Origin: Caecitellus pseudoparvulus
Lineage: Eukaryota; Protista; Bigyra: Bicosoecida
Direction of reading: 5' to 3'
NCBI GenBank assembly: GCA_965644315.1
Contig: CBFFRQ010000050.1
Span: 105,541-169,540 of the forward strand
DNA length: 64,000 bases
Shown: positions 44,370 to 58,125 of the stretch, in pieces
How positions within the stretch are numbered: the stretch's first letter is position 1
Layout: each line of letters starts with the position of its first letter
Notes under the pieces: generated by a model
What the model was told of the DNA's origin: nothing
Database searches by the model: none
The model's input: the letters and a program-made list of their open reading frames with translations, nothing else
Translations under genes and position numbers: made by a program

Positions 44370-45252
44370 ATGGCGAGTGCCTTGGCTGACGTCCAGGCCC
44401 TCAGCCAGCTCCTGGCCAGCGCGCAGGAGGATGACGTTGACAGAGTGCGTGCACCACGCCCGCGTGGCGTGTCGACCTGATGCATCGCCTCACGAAGTGC
44501 TCACGGAAGATTGTGAACTGACTTGACTGCAGAGTACTCACCGTGCCAGCGCGCCGGCCGCTGTGACGCCTGCAGATTTATTCCCAAGTGCGTGTCGCCA
44601 GCCGCAACGGTACTGGCCCCAATTTCCGCACACGCACGACGCGACCTCAGGCGCCCCAGGACCAGCCCCCAGCTCAGCACCGGCTGCGAAGCCTGCAAGC
44701 AAAGACATCTGGGATGTTGATGAGGTCCCTACTCGCGAAGAAGACACTGCGGTGTTCGAGGAGGACGGGCGAAAGCGACCAGAGTAAGTGGCGCATGGCC
44801 ACGCCTCGAAACGCGCAGCCTCAAAGCGACAGAGTGCGCACATCGCAGGTACGAAGTGATTCAGAAGCAGAGCGTGACGGCAGAAGACATGTTCTTGGGC
44901 GCCAGTGAAAAGGACCCCTCTTCCGCGCACTGTGACCAAGTGGTTGTCAAGGTGCACCTGCCAGGAGAAGTGTCGGCCGACCTTGACCTGGACGTGACCC
45001 GCCAACGCATCGTCGTGCAGGGCAAGCACCAGTGCGTGGCAGGCGCGGTTGGCAGGTGCTGCCTAGTTTCGTGCCGCACGCACCTGCACCTCTCTCCTCT
45101 GCAGCAAACTGGCCACATACCTGCCCTACCCAGTCCGGCACAAGCAAGGCTCTGCCAAGTGGGTGGCGGACAAGGCCACCCTGGTGGTGACCCTGCCCGC
45201 CATCAAGCCTGACCCCCTGACAGGGGAGTTGCCTGTGCTGGAGGACGCGTAA
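44370..45252 (+). CDS. DNAAF6: Dynein axonemal assembly factor 6 (PIH1D3/Twister); 4 exons
   Basis: KDIWDVDEV..DGRKRPE|YEVIQKQSVTAEDMFLG..KDPSSAHC..VVKVHLP..DLDV..KLATYLPYPV..GSAKW..TLVVTLP. Stop TAA at 45250-45252. Confidence 0.88.
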
Positions 45253-45257
45253 TGTAT

Positions 45258-46131
45258 TCATGACTCGTCCTGCCCGCCCACGGCAGGCGCAGAGGCCCCC
45301 TCCATGACAGTGTACTCGCCGCCGTCACCCCCGGATCCAGCCCGCAGAGCGCCCGCCCAGGCAGAGGGGGGCAGCCCGGCCAGGTCCAGCAGGGCCACGC
45401 CCGCCAGGGCCATGCTGATGAGGCTGCCAACGAGGCACAGCACCATGAGCGCCAGGCCTGGGCCGGTGGTGTACACGTTGCCGACTGTGATGTACGACGT
45501 CTGGGATGAGATGAGGCTGTTGAAGCAGCCGATGGTCACGGACGCCGCCACCATCTCCACACAGGCCAGGCCAGCCACGGCGTGGTGCAGCTTGCGTGCA
45601 CTGGCGTCGAATGCCCACCACGCCCACCCTGCCACGCCAGCCAAAGCCACGGCAACCACCAGGTGGATGATGGCGAAAGCGCGGGCCCCCTGCAAAGCGT
45701 TGAACGCCGCCCAGGAATCGTCAAAGTCGGGGTCGGCGCTGTTCACAGCAGGGGAAGAGACTGTGCAAGCGGGGGCAGGGTGCAGGCGGGAAGGGGCAGG
45801 CTCCGGGCACGCGCCATCTCACTGTCCGCGCACACCTCCCCTGCTCCCTCCACTTGGGCACACTCCTGCCACAGCCCGAGTGTGTTGTGTATGACGCCGG
45901 AAGCCTCGGGGGTCTTGTCCTCAGCCCACACCTGCATGTTCACATTTATGGAATTCATCAAGGTGTTGATGAGCAGCGACGCCACGGTGACTGCGAAAAG
46001 GGTGACAGGGACGGGTGCGGAATCTGACTTGCCACACCTCGCAAAGCAGCAATGCGTCCCGCCCAGCCACACGCACTGCCAAGCAGGGCATTCCTCGCCG
46101 TGGGAAAGTCCACATTGCTTGTCGCGAACAT
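45258..46131 (-). CDS. Claudin/PMP22-superfamily-like four-TM membrane protein; 3 exons
   Basis: TM1 followed by W...LGLWQEC....VC signature; LQGARAF before TM2; three further hydrophobic helices; YTTGPGLAL before TM4. ATG 46131 was inferred via an A|GTGCGT intron. Confidence 0.65.
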
Positions 46132-46675
46132 GCTTGCCGTGTCGCGGTGAGAGGGCGGTTCCCTCACTCCACCCCACTGCCGAGCGCAACAAGTGCCGCA
46201 GGTGTTGGTTCGTGGCCTGGGGATTTCGCTCCAGCGTCCAGGCCAGTGGAATATCGGAAGTTGTAGTGGTCGGGAGATGAACTACTAGAGAGTGGTAGTT
46301 AGTTTTTGTGTGTCTGGCTGACCGCGCGAAGCGGGATATGGATGAAGTTTGGGCCAAAACCACTCCGCAATTGGAAGCCTGGCCAAAGAGCCGACTTTCT
46401 GTGAGTGCAACAGGCGAGACGCTGCACTACTTCCCGATACCATGAGCATTTGCGATGCCGTGGAATGCATGATGTGTGTCTTGTTGCCGCAGCCACTCGA
46501 TTTACGGCCTGCACTGTGCGCGTGAAGGCATCTTGGCACGGTGCGGAAGTTGCCCACTGTGCTACTTCGTGATTGTGCAGCCACAGTCAACAGCTGTAGG
46601 CTCTGTTTGGCCTTGCTCAAAGCATCTTAACGGCCTCAGCCGAGCTTGACACAACCCAGCTGGGCACCTCCCGCG

Positions 46676-49600
46676 ATGGTGCGTGCAGTCGAGTGCGGCG
46701 TGTCGCAATGGCCAGTACTTGTCGAAAGGCACATCGCAACGATGAGCTCGCGGCACGGCCCTCTTGGCACACACGGTTGCGCAGGCAGCTGCATCAGGGC
46801 AGAGGGTGGATGGATCTGGAGGAGTAAATGCCGGCATGGAGGATTTCAATCCGGAGATGGTGGTGAGGTGTTTGGAGAAGTTGCAGTGCATGGCCGGGAG
46901 CGAGTGGAAGCATGGCGCAGCACTGCGAGGGCTGGCGACCATTGGTCGAGGAGAAGCACCTGGTGCAGATGGAGACGCCCCGGACATGAGCCTGGCGGAG
47001 CTGGGTGAGCTGCTGCGTGATGCAGGAGGTGCATTGCTGGAGCGGGCTGGGGTGTTGGCGGGGCAGATTGATCGAGGGGAGGTGTGTGACGCGCTGGAGT
47101 ACTTGTCGTTCCGGTGCTTCGCTGCGATGGGTGTGCTGCGTCAGGCGGTGTCTGGTGTGGGCGTGGATGCCGTGCCGAGCGGGGATGCGGTGTGGGGTGA
47201 TGTGGTGGGTGCGTGGGGCAGTGTGCGGCGTGGGGTGAGTGCGGAGGGTGCGCTGGCGGACTTGACGCGATGGTGGGGCGAGCGGGAGGTGCCTGTTGCG
47301 GATGCAGCGGTGGCTGGTGCCGGTGTGGAGGGTGGCGGCGGCGGCAATGATGCCATGGCAGATGCACTGGCGTTCATGCATCAGCAGGCGGAGTGGCTGC
47401 GTGGCGGCGCAGCAGGCGAGCTGACGAGCGAGGGTGCAGCGGCGCACTTGGAGTCAGCGGCGACTGTGGCGGAGGAGCTGCGGGGGCTGTTGGGGTGTGG
47501 TGATGGGATCGCGAGTCGGAGGCTGGTGTCTGTGTCAGGTGTTGATGTGGCGGAGGGCGTGGTGTGCAAGAACAGCGCCACGGCAAGTGTGAGCATTGTG
47601 GAGAGTCACATCGTCCCTGACCCTGGCACTGTCGCTGCGGACGTTGAGGAGTGGGCGTCGGTGTTGGGTGTTGGTGTGGGTGTGTTGAGGGGGAGTGTGG
47701 CGAGGCTGAAGCGTGCTGAAGGCGTTCGGGTCGGTCTGGGGCTGCCTCGGATGGCGCAGCGGCCACACCGGGTGGCGCTGACACATGCTTGCGTCAATGG
47801 CAGGGCTGATGAGCCAGTGGGGGAGCGAAGCACGATTGCAGTGCAGGTGCAGTGTGAGTTGGGGTGGCCGCTGAGCACGTTCTTGGACGACGAGGCGTGG
47901 TGCGATGTTGGGCTGGATGTGAAGCAGCGCGTGGCTGTGCGGGTGTTGGGGGCGTGTGCTGTGGCGGAGGCGTGTGGAGTGGAGGTGGGTGATGTGGGTG
48001 TTGGGAGCTTTGTGGTGGTGGGTGTGGGGAGTGGCAGTGTGGGTGATCTGGTGGGGGCACTGGATGGGGGTGGGTGTGAGGTGTTGCTGAGTGCGTGTGC
48101 TGGTGTGTGGCGAGGCGGTGGGCAGGAGGGTGCGGGTGTTGGAGGTGGGAGTGCGGGTGTGTCAGGCGTGGTGCGGAGTGTGCTGGGTGTTGTGGAGGGC
48201 GCAATGGGAGGTGCAGGTGATGTGGAGCAGGTAATCGTGGGCAGTGGTGAGGTTGGTGGTCAGGAGATATTCCGAGCTCTGGAGGCCGTGGAAGGCGGTG
48301 GAAGTCGGTGCATGGGTGCTTATGTGATGGCATGCACGGCGCTGGGTAAGGGCGTGGAGAGGTTGCAGGATGTGGGACGCGCCTTTGAGGCATTGTCGAA
48401 GCGGGTGCAGTCCAGCGCAAGGGGGCAAGAGGAGCCTGTCGCAAGGCAACCTCCGCCTGCCGAAGCAGTGGGTTCTGGAATGGACTCGACAGCTGCCTTC
48501 CAGGACGCGTGTAAGTGTGGCAACGTCGAGCTTGTGCGAGAGCTGCTGGCTCTGAGTGTTCATCATGAAGTGGACGTGCATGCCATGTTCGGTGGAATTC
48601 CTGAGGCTGGCTTCCGTTTCGCCTGTGCGAATGGGCACGTGGATGTGGTGCGCGAGCTGCTGGCGCTGACGGGCGACCGGGAGGTGGACGTGCATGCTGG
48701 GCCTGATGGCCGGCCTGAGTTTGGCTTCCAGCTTGCCTGTGAGAATGGGCACATTGATGTGGTGCGCGAGCTGCTGGCGCTGACTGGTCACCGAGCAGTG
48801 GATGTGCATGCAGGGTTTGGAGGCGATCCAGAGTATGGTTTCCGATTCGCGTGCAAGTATGGACATTTGGATGTGGTGCGTGAGCTCCTGGCGCTGACGG
48901 GTGATCGAGCCGTGGACGTGCACGCCGGGCGTGAGGGTAGTCCCGAGGCTGGCTTCCGACTTGCCTGCAAGTATGGACACCTTGATCTGGTGCGTGAGCT
49001 GCTGGCTCTGATTGGTGATCGAGCTGTGGACGTACATGCAGGGCCTGAAGGTGTGCCAGAGTATAGTTTTCGGTTTGCTTGTCAGAATGGGCACGTAGAC
49101 GTGGTGCGAGAGCTGCTAGCGCTGACGGGTGATCGAGCCGTGGATGTTCACGCTGGGCCTGAGGGCGAGCCTGAGTATGGTTTCCGAGTTGCTTGCCAGA
49201 ATGGGCACATTGATGTGGTGCGTGAGCTGCTGGCGCTGACAGGTGATCGAGCCGTGGATGTGCATGCGGGGTGCGGGGGCGATCCAGAGTACGGCTTCCG
49301 GCTTGCCTGCGCAAATGGGCACGTGGATGTGGTGCGCGAGCTCTTGGCCCTGGGGGGTGCTCGTGAGGTGGATGTGCATGCTGTGTTTGAGGGTGCCGCT
49401 GAGGCTGGTTTTCGACTTGCTTGCCGCAAAGGCCGTGTGGCTGTGGTGCGTGAGCTGCTGGCGCTGACCGGCGAGCGTGAGGTAAATGTTCATGCCGGGC
49501 CAGAGGGTCAGCCCGAGTATGCATTCTGGGCTGCTTGTAAGAATGGGCATGTGGACGTGGTTCTCGACCTCTTGGCGCTGACGGGTGATCGTGAGATTGA

Positions 49601-50555
49601 TGTGCACGCTGGGATTTGGGGTGTACCTGAAGCTGGATTCCGAGCAGCATGCTACAACGGACATGTGGATGTGGTGCGCGAGCTGTTGGCGCTTGCAGGT
49701 GACCGTGAGGTGGACGTGCACGCAACAGATGGCAGCGGGCTGGAGGGGGGCTTCCGACTTGCCTGTGAGAACGGCCACGTGCGTGTGGTGCGCGAGCTGC
49801 TGGACCTCGCCGGCCACCGTGAGGTGAATGTGCATGCTGAGGTTGAAGGCGATACTGAGTATGGCTTCAGGCTTGCCTGTGCGAACGGTCATTCAGGTGT
49901 TGTGCGTGAGCTGCTCGCTTTGTCCGGCCACCGTGAGGTGGACGTTCATGCACGTGCCCAGGGCTACCCGGAGGCTGGCTTTCGACTTGCGTGTAAGAAT
50001 GGACATGCAGATGTGGTGCGCGAGCTCCTGGGGCTCACAGGGGACCGAGCTGTGGATGTGCACGTGGCCGATGGCAGTGGGGTGGAGTGTGGCTTCCGGC
50101 TTGCCTGTGAGAAGGGGCATGTGGGCGTGGTACGTGAACTGCTGGCGCTAACGGGACATCGTGAGGTGGATGTGCATGCAGACCGGGAGTACAGCTTCCG
50201 GCTTGCTTGTGAGAATGGGCACCTGGATGTGGTGCGCGAGCTGCTGGGGCTCACAGGGGACCGAGCTGTGGATGTGCATGCGGGTTTTTGGGGGGCACCT
50301 GAGTATGGCTTCCGACTTGCTTGTCAGAATGGGCATCTAGATGTGGTGCGCGAGCTGCTGGGGCTCACAGGGGACCGAGCTGTGGATGTGCATGCGGGTT
50401 TTTGGGGGGCACCTGAGTATGGCTTCCGACTTGCTTGTCAGAATGGACATGTGGATGTGGTGCGTGAACTGCTGACGCTGATGGGTGATCGCAAGATCCC
50501 AGACAGTATCAGGCCGCAAGCGGCAAAGTTCGGAGACTTGAAGGATCTGATTTGA
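46676..50555 (+). CDS. Ankyrin-repeat protein (18 repeats) with a Gly/Val-rich N-terminal region that may contain a decayed kinase-like segment
   Basis: 1263-aa open frame. Probable ATG-only first exon (46676-46678) and intron 46679-46784 (GTGCGT...GCGCAG). Repeat consensus GFRLACxNGHVDVVRELLALTGDRxVDVHA. Confidence 0.88.
48491..50490 (+). repeat. Ankyrin array, 114-bp (38-aa) unit, 18 copies (one 34-aa unit)
   Basis: Counted from the translation. The last repeats (~50225-50445) are nearly identical at the DNA level. Confidence 0.95.
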
Positions 50556-50694
50556 TGCGCTCCGGAGCACGAGTTTTTCCTGCACTTGGGCGCCAACACA
50601 ACAGTGCCTGCCAGTGCTCTCCCTCGCTGGGCTGCGAATCCTGGACAGCATTCAAATTCAAGACAATGCACAAAGTATCCCATTTCTGCACTGA

Positions 50695-52497
<1,803 letters not shown>

Positions 52498-52543
52498 CAA
52501 ACACACGCACACATTCCTCCCTTGCAATACATGCCCGCTGCCT

Positions 52544-52960
52544 TCACCTGCGCCTGCGCTTGATGGCTTCCTGCACGCTGTGCACGAGTGCGGACAAGCG
52601 GTCGACAACAAAGGCGAGGCGGCGAGGGGCGCCGTCATCCCCCACTCTGTGCACCACCACCATGCCGGGAATGGTGTGTTTGAGCGTGAGGCGCTTGAGG
52701 CTGCTCAGGCTCCAGCGTGCCTCGGCGTCCATGCGCTGCAAGTCCACGGCCAGCATGAAGGGAGCCTGGGGCTACGTGGTACCTGCTGGGCTGTCCCCAT
52801 CCACATCCACTGCAGCCCGCCCTGTCAGACTGCCCGACATGCCGGGTGGGTCTGTGGTGGGCGCGTGTGTGTCGTGCAGGGCGTCGGCACAGTGCAGGGG
52901 GCATAGGCGTGGGCGCAGCACCAGCAGGTGTGACTTGGTCAGCACCAGGTAACGCCGGTA
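52544..52960 (-). CDS. 3' part of a hypothetical gene (possible PH-like beta fold); exon structure unresolved
   Basis: RYLVLTKSHLLVLRP and WSLSSLKRLTLKHTIPGMVVVH..RRLAFVV..SALVHSVQEAIK read as protein. Convergent with DHFR-TS at the typical short spacing (46 nt). Confidence 0.4.
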
Positions 52961-54577
52961 GGGGAGGAGGGAGGGGGATAGTAAGCGCCGCCAGGCGAGC
53001 ACGCACGTTGCACAGCGTTGCACAGATGTGACACACTGCAGGTGTCTGTGGCAGCGGTGTGTACCTGCTGTTCTAGGCTTTGCCGTGGCTGGCAGCGGCG
53101 GCCGTCAGGTTCAGCCTCGGACACGGGCCTCCTGTTGCATGTGCTGGCGGCATGGCCAACACGTGCACGTCCTCTACATGTGCCTATGCTCAGCATGTTC
53201 CATCATGTGTGTCCTGCGACGGATGGGCTGCCATTATCGGGCAAGTGCACTGCCGCCAGACGTCCCGCAGAGCGCTGCTGTGGATGTAGGGCGGCGGCAA
53301 GAACGATGGCGGGAATTCGGGCGGCCGCACGCTTTGCGAGGCGCGCAGCCCAAGTACACGCAGTGTATGAGCCTGCGATCCAGCGTGCAGTCGCACCCTG
53401 GCGGCTTCCTGCCGTTGCTGAGGAAGCACTTGCACTGGCGTGCACAGCAATCCCTCGGCCTGTGCCGGGCCGCACACCGTGCACCACAAATCCCACTGCC
53501 AAGGCACCACCATAAGCACTCTGCTTGCATCTTGCTCTGCAGTTCAAGCCATTAGAGCGCTCCCCCTAGCACAAGCATGGAGCTGCTCTGCGGGACTCAT
53601 GCCGTGAACCAGCTGAGCGCCAGGCACAGCACTGCGGCATTGCGCTGAGCCACGGCAAGCGACAGTGCACCCGCCAGCGTCGACACCACTGACCTATACC
53701 CTACCAAAGTCTAGGAGCAGCCTGCCAGTGCGCCAGAGTGCGCAGGCGGTCAGGGGCAGGCCAGCCAAAGGTGGCGGACGGCCAACACGCCTGTGCGGAA
53801 TAGTCTGCCCAGGGCAACAGCGCTGGACTGGCCGCTGCGCCGCAAGCAGTGGGCTGTGCATGCAGTGCTATGCCTATGAGCAAGGCACTTGATATGCGCA
53901 GTGCCGTTGAGGCATTGCCTTGGCCTGCGGCCGTGCGCATGGCGTTTGCAGGAATGTGGCGGCTCAGCCGAACTCGGTGCCCTCACGCTGGAAGTGGCAC
54001 TCTTTGGCGCCGCCAACGAGCCTGCACATGTGTCTCGCCCGTTCAGCTCCATAGTATTATATGTTTCCTCGATGTCTCTTTGTCTGGGGCACCCTTGAAC
54101 GGTGCGCCACTGCCCTGGTGCGCGGGATGGCAGTGATGTGGACTTGCAATTTCCGAACCGAATTCCACGGCCTACGCCTACCATATGCACTGCACACACT
54201 ATGAAGCATATACAAGTACCATTTCACTTTGGTACACAGGTGCTGGTGGCAATGGTGTGGCTCTGGGCCTGCATGGGGCCACTCTGGTTCTGATCGGACG
54301 CCGCGACACGGAGACTCACCCCAACCCCACCCACCTCAGGGTTAGCTGTCCACCACCAGCTTTCAGGGGGTGTAGGGGGGAGTCTCCATGTTATGGGCTC
54401 CATCATGGACCAGTTTGGTCCTTGGCAATCCCATGGTTCCACCGTTGCGCCCAGCACCTGAATTCATGCTCCCTTGCTGTGGAGGGAGGAGCAGTGGCCC
54501 CTCGGGCGCACACTCCATCCCTCCTGCAGACCCTCACCACCCCTGAAGGTCGAGGGCGCCTGCCTCCGCAGCCACAC

Positions 54578-57192
54578 TTACCTCCAGCCAACTGCTCCCC
54601 CCCCCCCCCCCTTCTGAGGCAGCGAGCACAACCCCGCTCGTCCCTTCCACGGCTTTGGCAATGAAGCGAGCTCGTTCAGGGCTGAGAACGAACTCAGTGG
54701 AATGCACTTCATGCGTCTGACCCTGTCGTGGCTCGCCATTCCGACTGGCTCCAGTCCGGACTGGAATTGAATGCACGGTGACTTGTTCATCCTCACACCA
54801 CTGCGCGAGCTCACGTCCAGGGCCGTCCCACGCAGCAAGGGAACGCAGAGGACAATGGCCGTCAAGCGTTGCCCCTCAAACACAGGCCTGCAGCCTCGGC
54901 TCCAGCGCTTGTCGTCGCTGTTGTGGGGAGCTGAGCCAGCAGCTGCGTGTGGTGCGGTCTCACGGCCGTCTGCTGGCTGGTCCAGGAGAGACTTGATGAA
55001 CCAGCACTTGCTGGGATCACGCTCCAGGAAGCCAACGGTTGTGTGAGCCATCCAGCCGAATAAATCGTAGATAAGTTGCTGTTTGGGCAACGCTGCACCT
55101 GCACGGTGCCCTCGAGTGCTTGATGGGCTGTCTGCTGCTGTGTCAGCTTGCGCAACAGCACGGCAGCTCACTTAAATGAGCTGGTGAAGCGGTAGGGCAA
55201 CGTTCTCAACCCCTGCTCCTTCCAGTATCCGGTCCACTTTCAGTCCAAGCTGCTGCTTCCGGGTCGCCTGGAGTTGATGCGCCACGCCCTTTAGGAGCGG
55301 TCCCCTGAAGGAGCACTGTCCACCCCTTCACGAGCCAGCTCCTCTCCAACTTCCATGTGCTTCACCACCCAAGCAAGTCCAGGGGCTGTTCGCTCATCCA
55401 CCTAGCAAGACGATGAAGGTCTACGAGCGGCTCGTTTGCAAGGAGCTTGGCATCGCTCTGCCGTGCCCCATGGTCCCACACGTCAACAAGTTGTTGGACG
55501 TCGTCGCGGTAGACACCCCATCCCCGATCTCCATCACAGTACCGCTACCGATGGGACTCGCAGGTGGACAAGTTATAGTTCCTTCCATGCCTCTGTGGGA
55601 CGTGCTATTACGCACGGCTGCCGAGGTTCCACTGGAGGACTTCGCACATCACCGAGGCGGCGGTGTTGCGAGCCCAGAGTGGTTTCATCCGCCTTGTGAG
55701 ACCTTGAATCCGGCCAATGGCGCCCGCTCAGTTGACAGAGAAGATGACAGATATGCTGCGCGTTTCAACACACGGAGCTTGGCCCCTCTCACGCCCAAGG
55801 CTGTGGAGCGGTGGAGTCGGTCGACGACTGTGTGGAATGTCTCACCGTTGTCGGTGTCCACAGCCTCAAGGCTCCCAAACCACCACATGCACCACCCCAT
55901 GTGCGTCATGGCATGGGCCTTGGTACGTGACGTCGGATGCGTCGCGGTCAGCAGAGGCCAGGCTGGCCTCCACCACCTGAAAGGCGACCATTGCCCGAGC
56001 GCACCACTGCGCCAGGCGGCATGGGTCTCCCGCTCCTGCCACGGCCCTGCCATAGATAAAATGCACAAGCACCTCCAGCACGCCACACGCCGCCTGCAAG
56101 GCATTCCGCAGCCGGGGATCCCCCACGATCGCATCATCCCTGCCGGGCAGGAGCGGCAACCAAGGCAGGGCTGCAAGGCGCTCTTCTGCCGTCAGCTTCG
56201 CTGTACCGGAGAGAATCGATCCCGCCAATCCTTCCCGTAGACCCATAAGTCGTACTCCATCATCATTGCGGGGCTTGCATGTGGCAGCGCGGGATTCAAA
56301 CACCTCCTTGCGACTCGCTTGACTCCCTGGCCCGCGAGCCTCCCAGGTGAGTTCATCAAAAGCCTCTTGAGTGGAGGTTCTCAGGCGGGGGGAGGGAGCT
56401 AGCCTCTTGGCAAGCCAGCGAAAGGCGTCCTCGGCAATCCGCAAGGTGATGCAGGACTCAAACCGCAAGAACCCCTTCTTTGTCAAAGATCTTTAACTCA
56501 AGGATGGCCAAGCACTCCTCATGGTCAAAGCCTGAGGCGCAGCAAAGGGGGGTTGCATCATCAAGGTTGGCAAGTGGGACGAAGTGGGAGCAGGCGCGGA
56601 CATGACCGCCTACGTGGTGCGCCTGACGGACGTGTTGAAGTACACGCCGCCCGAAGGACGAGTCTACGCCAAGAACAATATAAAGGCCTTCGTCTCCTGG
56701 ACTAAGGATGGACACACGCTGCTCCGCGACAGAGTGGATCGGATCCACACGGCGAACGTTTAGCCACATCAAGCGTACAAGGGTGTCACCGGACCCAAGT
56801 GTCGACATGAAAACCCAAGTCATGGAGTCAAAGCGCCTGGCCCTGTCGGGGACGTCTGCTGAGTCCATGACCTTCGCATTGTTCCAGGCCTGTGTCGCGG
56901 CCTGGAACGTGGGGCTCAAATGCAAGCACACATCCTGCTCCAGGTTGGACCTCGAGATACCGGATCCGACCCAGTGGAACTCCTTGCACACGCTGTCTTC
57001 GAGCCAACTGCGCAACCTGGCGCCCATGCTGGCAAAAGTATGCTGCACTACTGCGACTAGAGCAGTGGAATACTCCGAGGCTTGCAAGGAAGCATCCTGC
57101 AGGTTGCAGATGGCAGCATCAACAAGGCGCTGAAGGCTGGTGTTGAAAGCAAGGCCCGGCACTGCCCCACAGCCATGAGCTTGACGTGGCAC
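54578..57192 (-). pseudogene. Disrupted long coding region of unknown family
   Basis: Protein-like ORFs 56458..57192, 55866..56486 and 54578..55171 are collinear on the minus strand and separated by frameshifts and stops (e.g. ..ILELKIF / LTKKGFLRF..). Confidence 0.35.
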
Positions 57193-57834
57193 TCACAGAT
57201 GGCCTATTGAGGCTTCCAGAGCGCAACATTGCTCTGTACCTTCGCAATCAAGCTCGAACAACAGCAAGCATGAAAAAGTGTGCTGAGAAATTGCTGCGTG
57301 TCCAACGGTATATTTTCAACAAGCTGGGTGGGTCCGGCGAGTGCGCAGAGCCGGTCTTCAAGGAGCCATCGATGCCAAGCACAATGCATCTCGGACACAA
57401 AAGGCACTCATAGAGGTATTAAGTGCTGTGACTGTTGATGGGGGGGGGGCGGCATGCTGGGGTGCTACGCAAGTATCCACGACAGCATGCTGGACCTTAT
57501 CCAGCCTGTGGACGACGAGGATCACCACGTCCGCGTGTGCGACGAGGACACCGACGCCATCCAGCGTTTGCTGACTGGTCCTGCATTCCTCTCAGGCGAA
57601 GGCCTACAGGCAAGCCAGCGCATTGTCCGAGCCCAGGTAAGGACGAAGATGACCAGTGCAAACAAAAACAACATCATCTTTACGCAGTATCACGACTTTC
57701 CGGATAGCGACGCGAAGCAGACAGTTGTAGCCGTTGCCAATGCGAAGCCGCCCGCGAAGTTGCCGCTGGAAACTCAGGCGGACGACGAAGCCCTAGTCAC
57801 CAAGGTCGAGGACGTACTTTTTCACAGAAGGTGA
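57186..57834 (+). other. Fragment of an intron-containing hypothetical gene or pseudogene
   Basis: Three staggered protein-like ORFs; strong in-frame intron CAG|GTAAGG...CTTTACGCAG at ~57637-57687. No clear start. Confidence 0.3.
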
Positions 57835-58125
57835 ATGTTGATAATACCACTCGACATCCAAGAGGCCAAAAGAGCGTATCAGCGAGGCATGGATGCAGGC
57901 TATCTGCCCAGGAAATTGCGGCTGCCTCCCTCGGAGGGGGTGGCAAGCGGGGGTTCTGCGGGGAGGGAGGCGGGGCAGTGTAGCGCGGAGCACACTCTTC
58001 ACCTCTCCTCCCAAGCGCAGACCCCTATGTCGATGCATCTCGCCGCCGCCACTCCGTAAATTATTCCTTCCTTTTATTATTCCTCCTTTCGTCTCTCTTC
58101 TTTTTTCCTACTCTGGAATGAATAC

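Noticed and set aside
48491-50490. Diversity-generating retroelement acting on the ankyrin repeats
   Set aside because: No reverse transcriptase or template repeat is seen, and differences between units are not adenine-specific.
53190-54050. Genes in the short ORFs between the PH-like fragment and the island
   Set aside because: No frame gave recognisable motifs or a consistent exon model.
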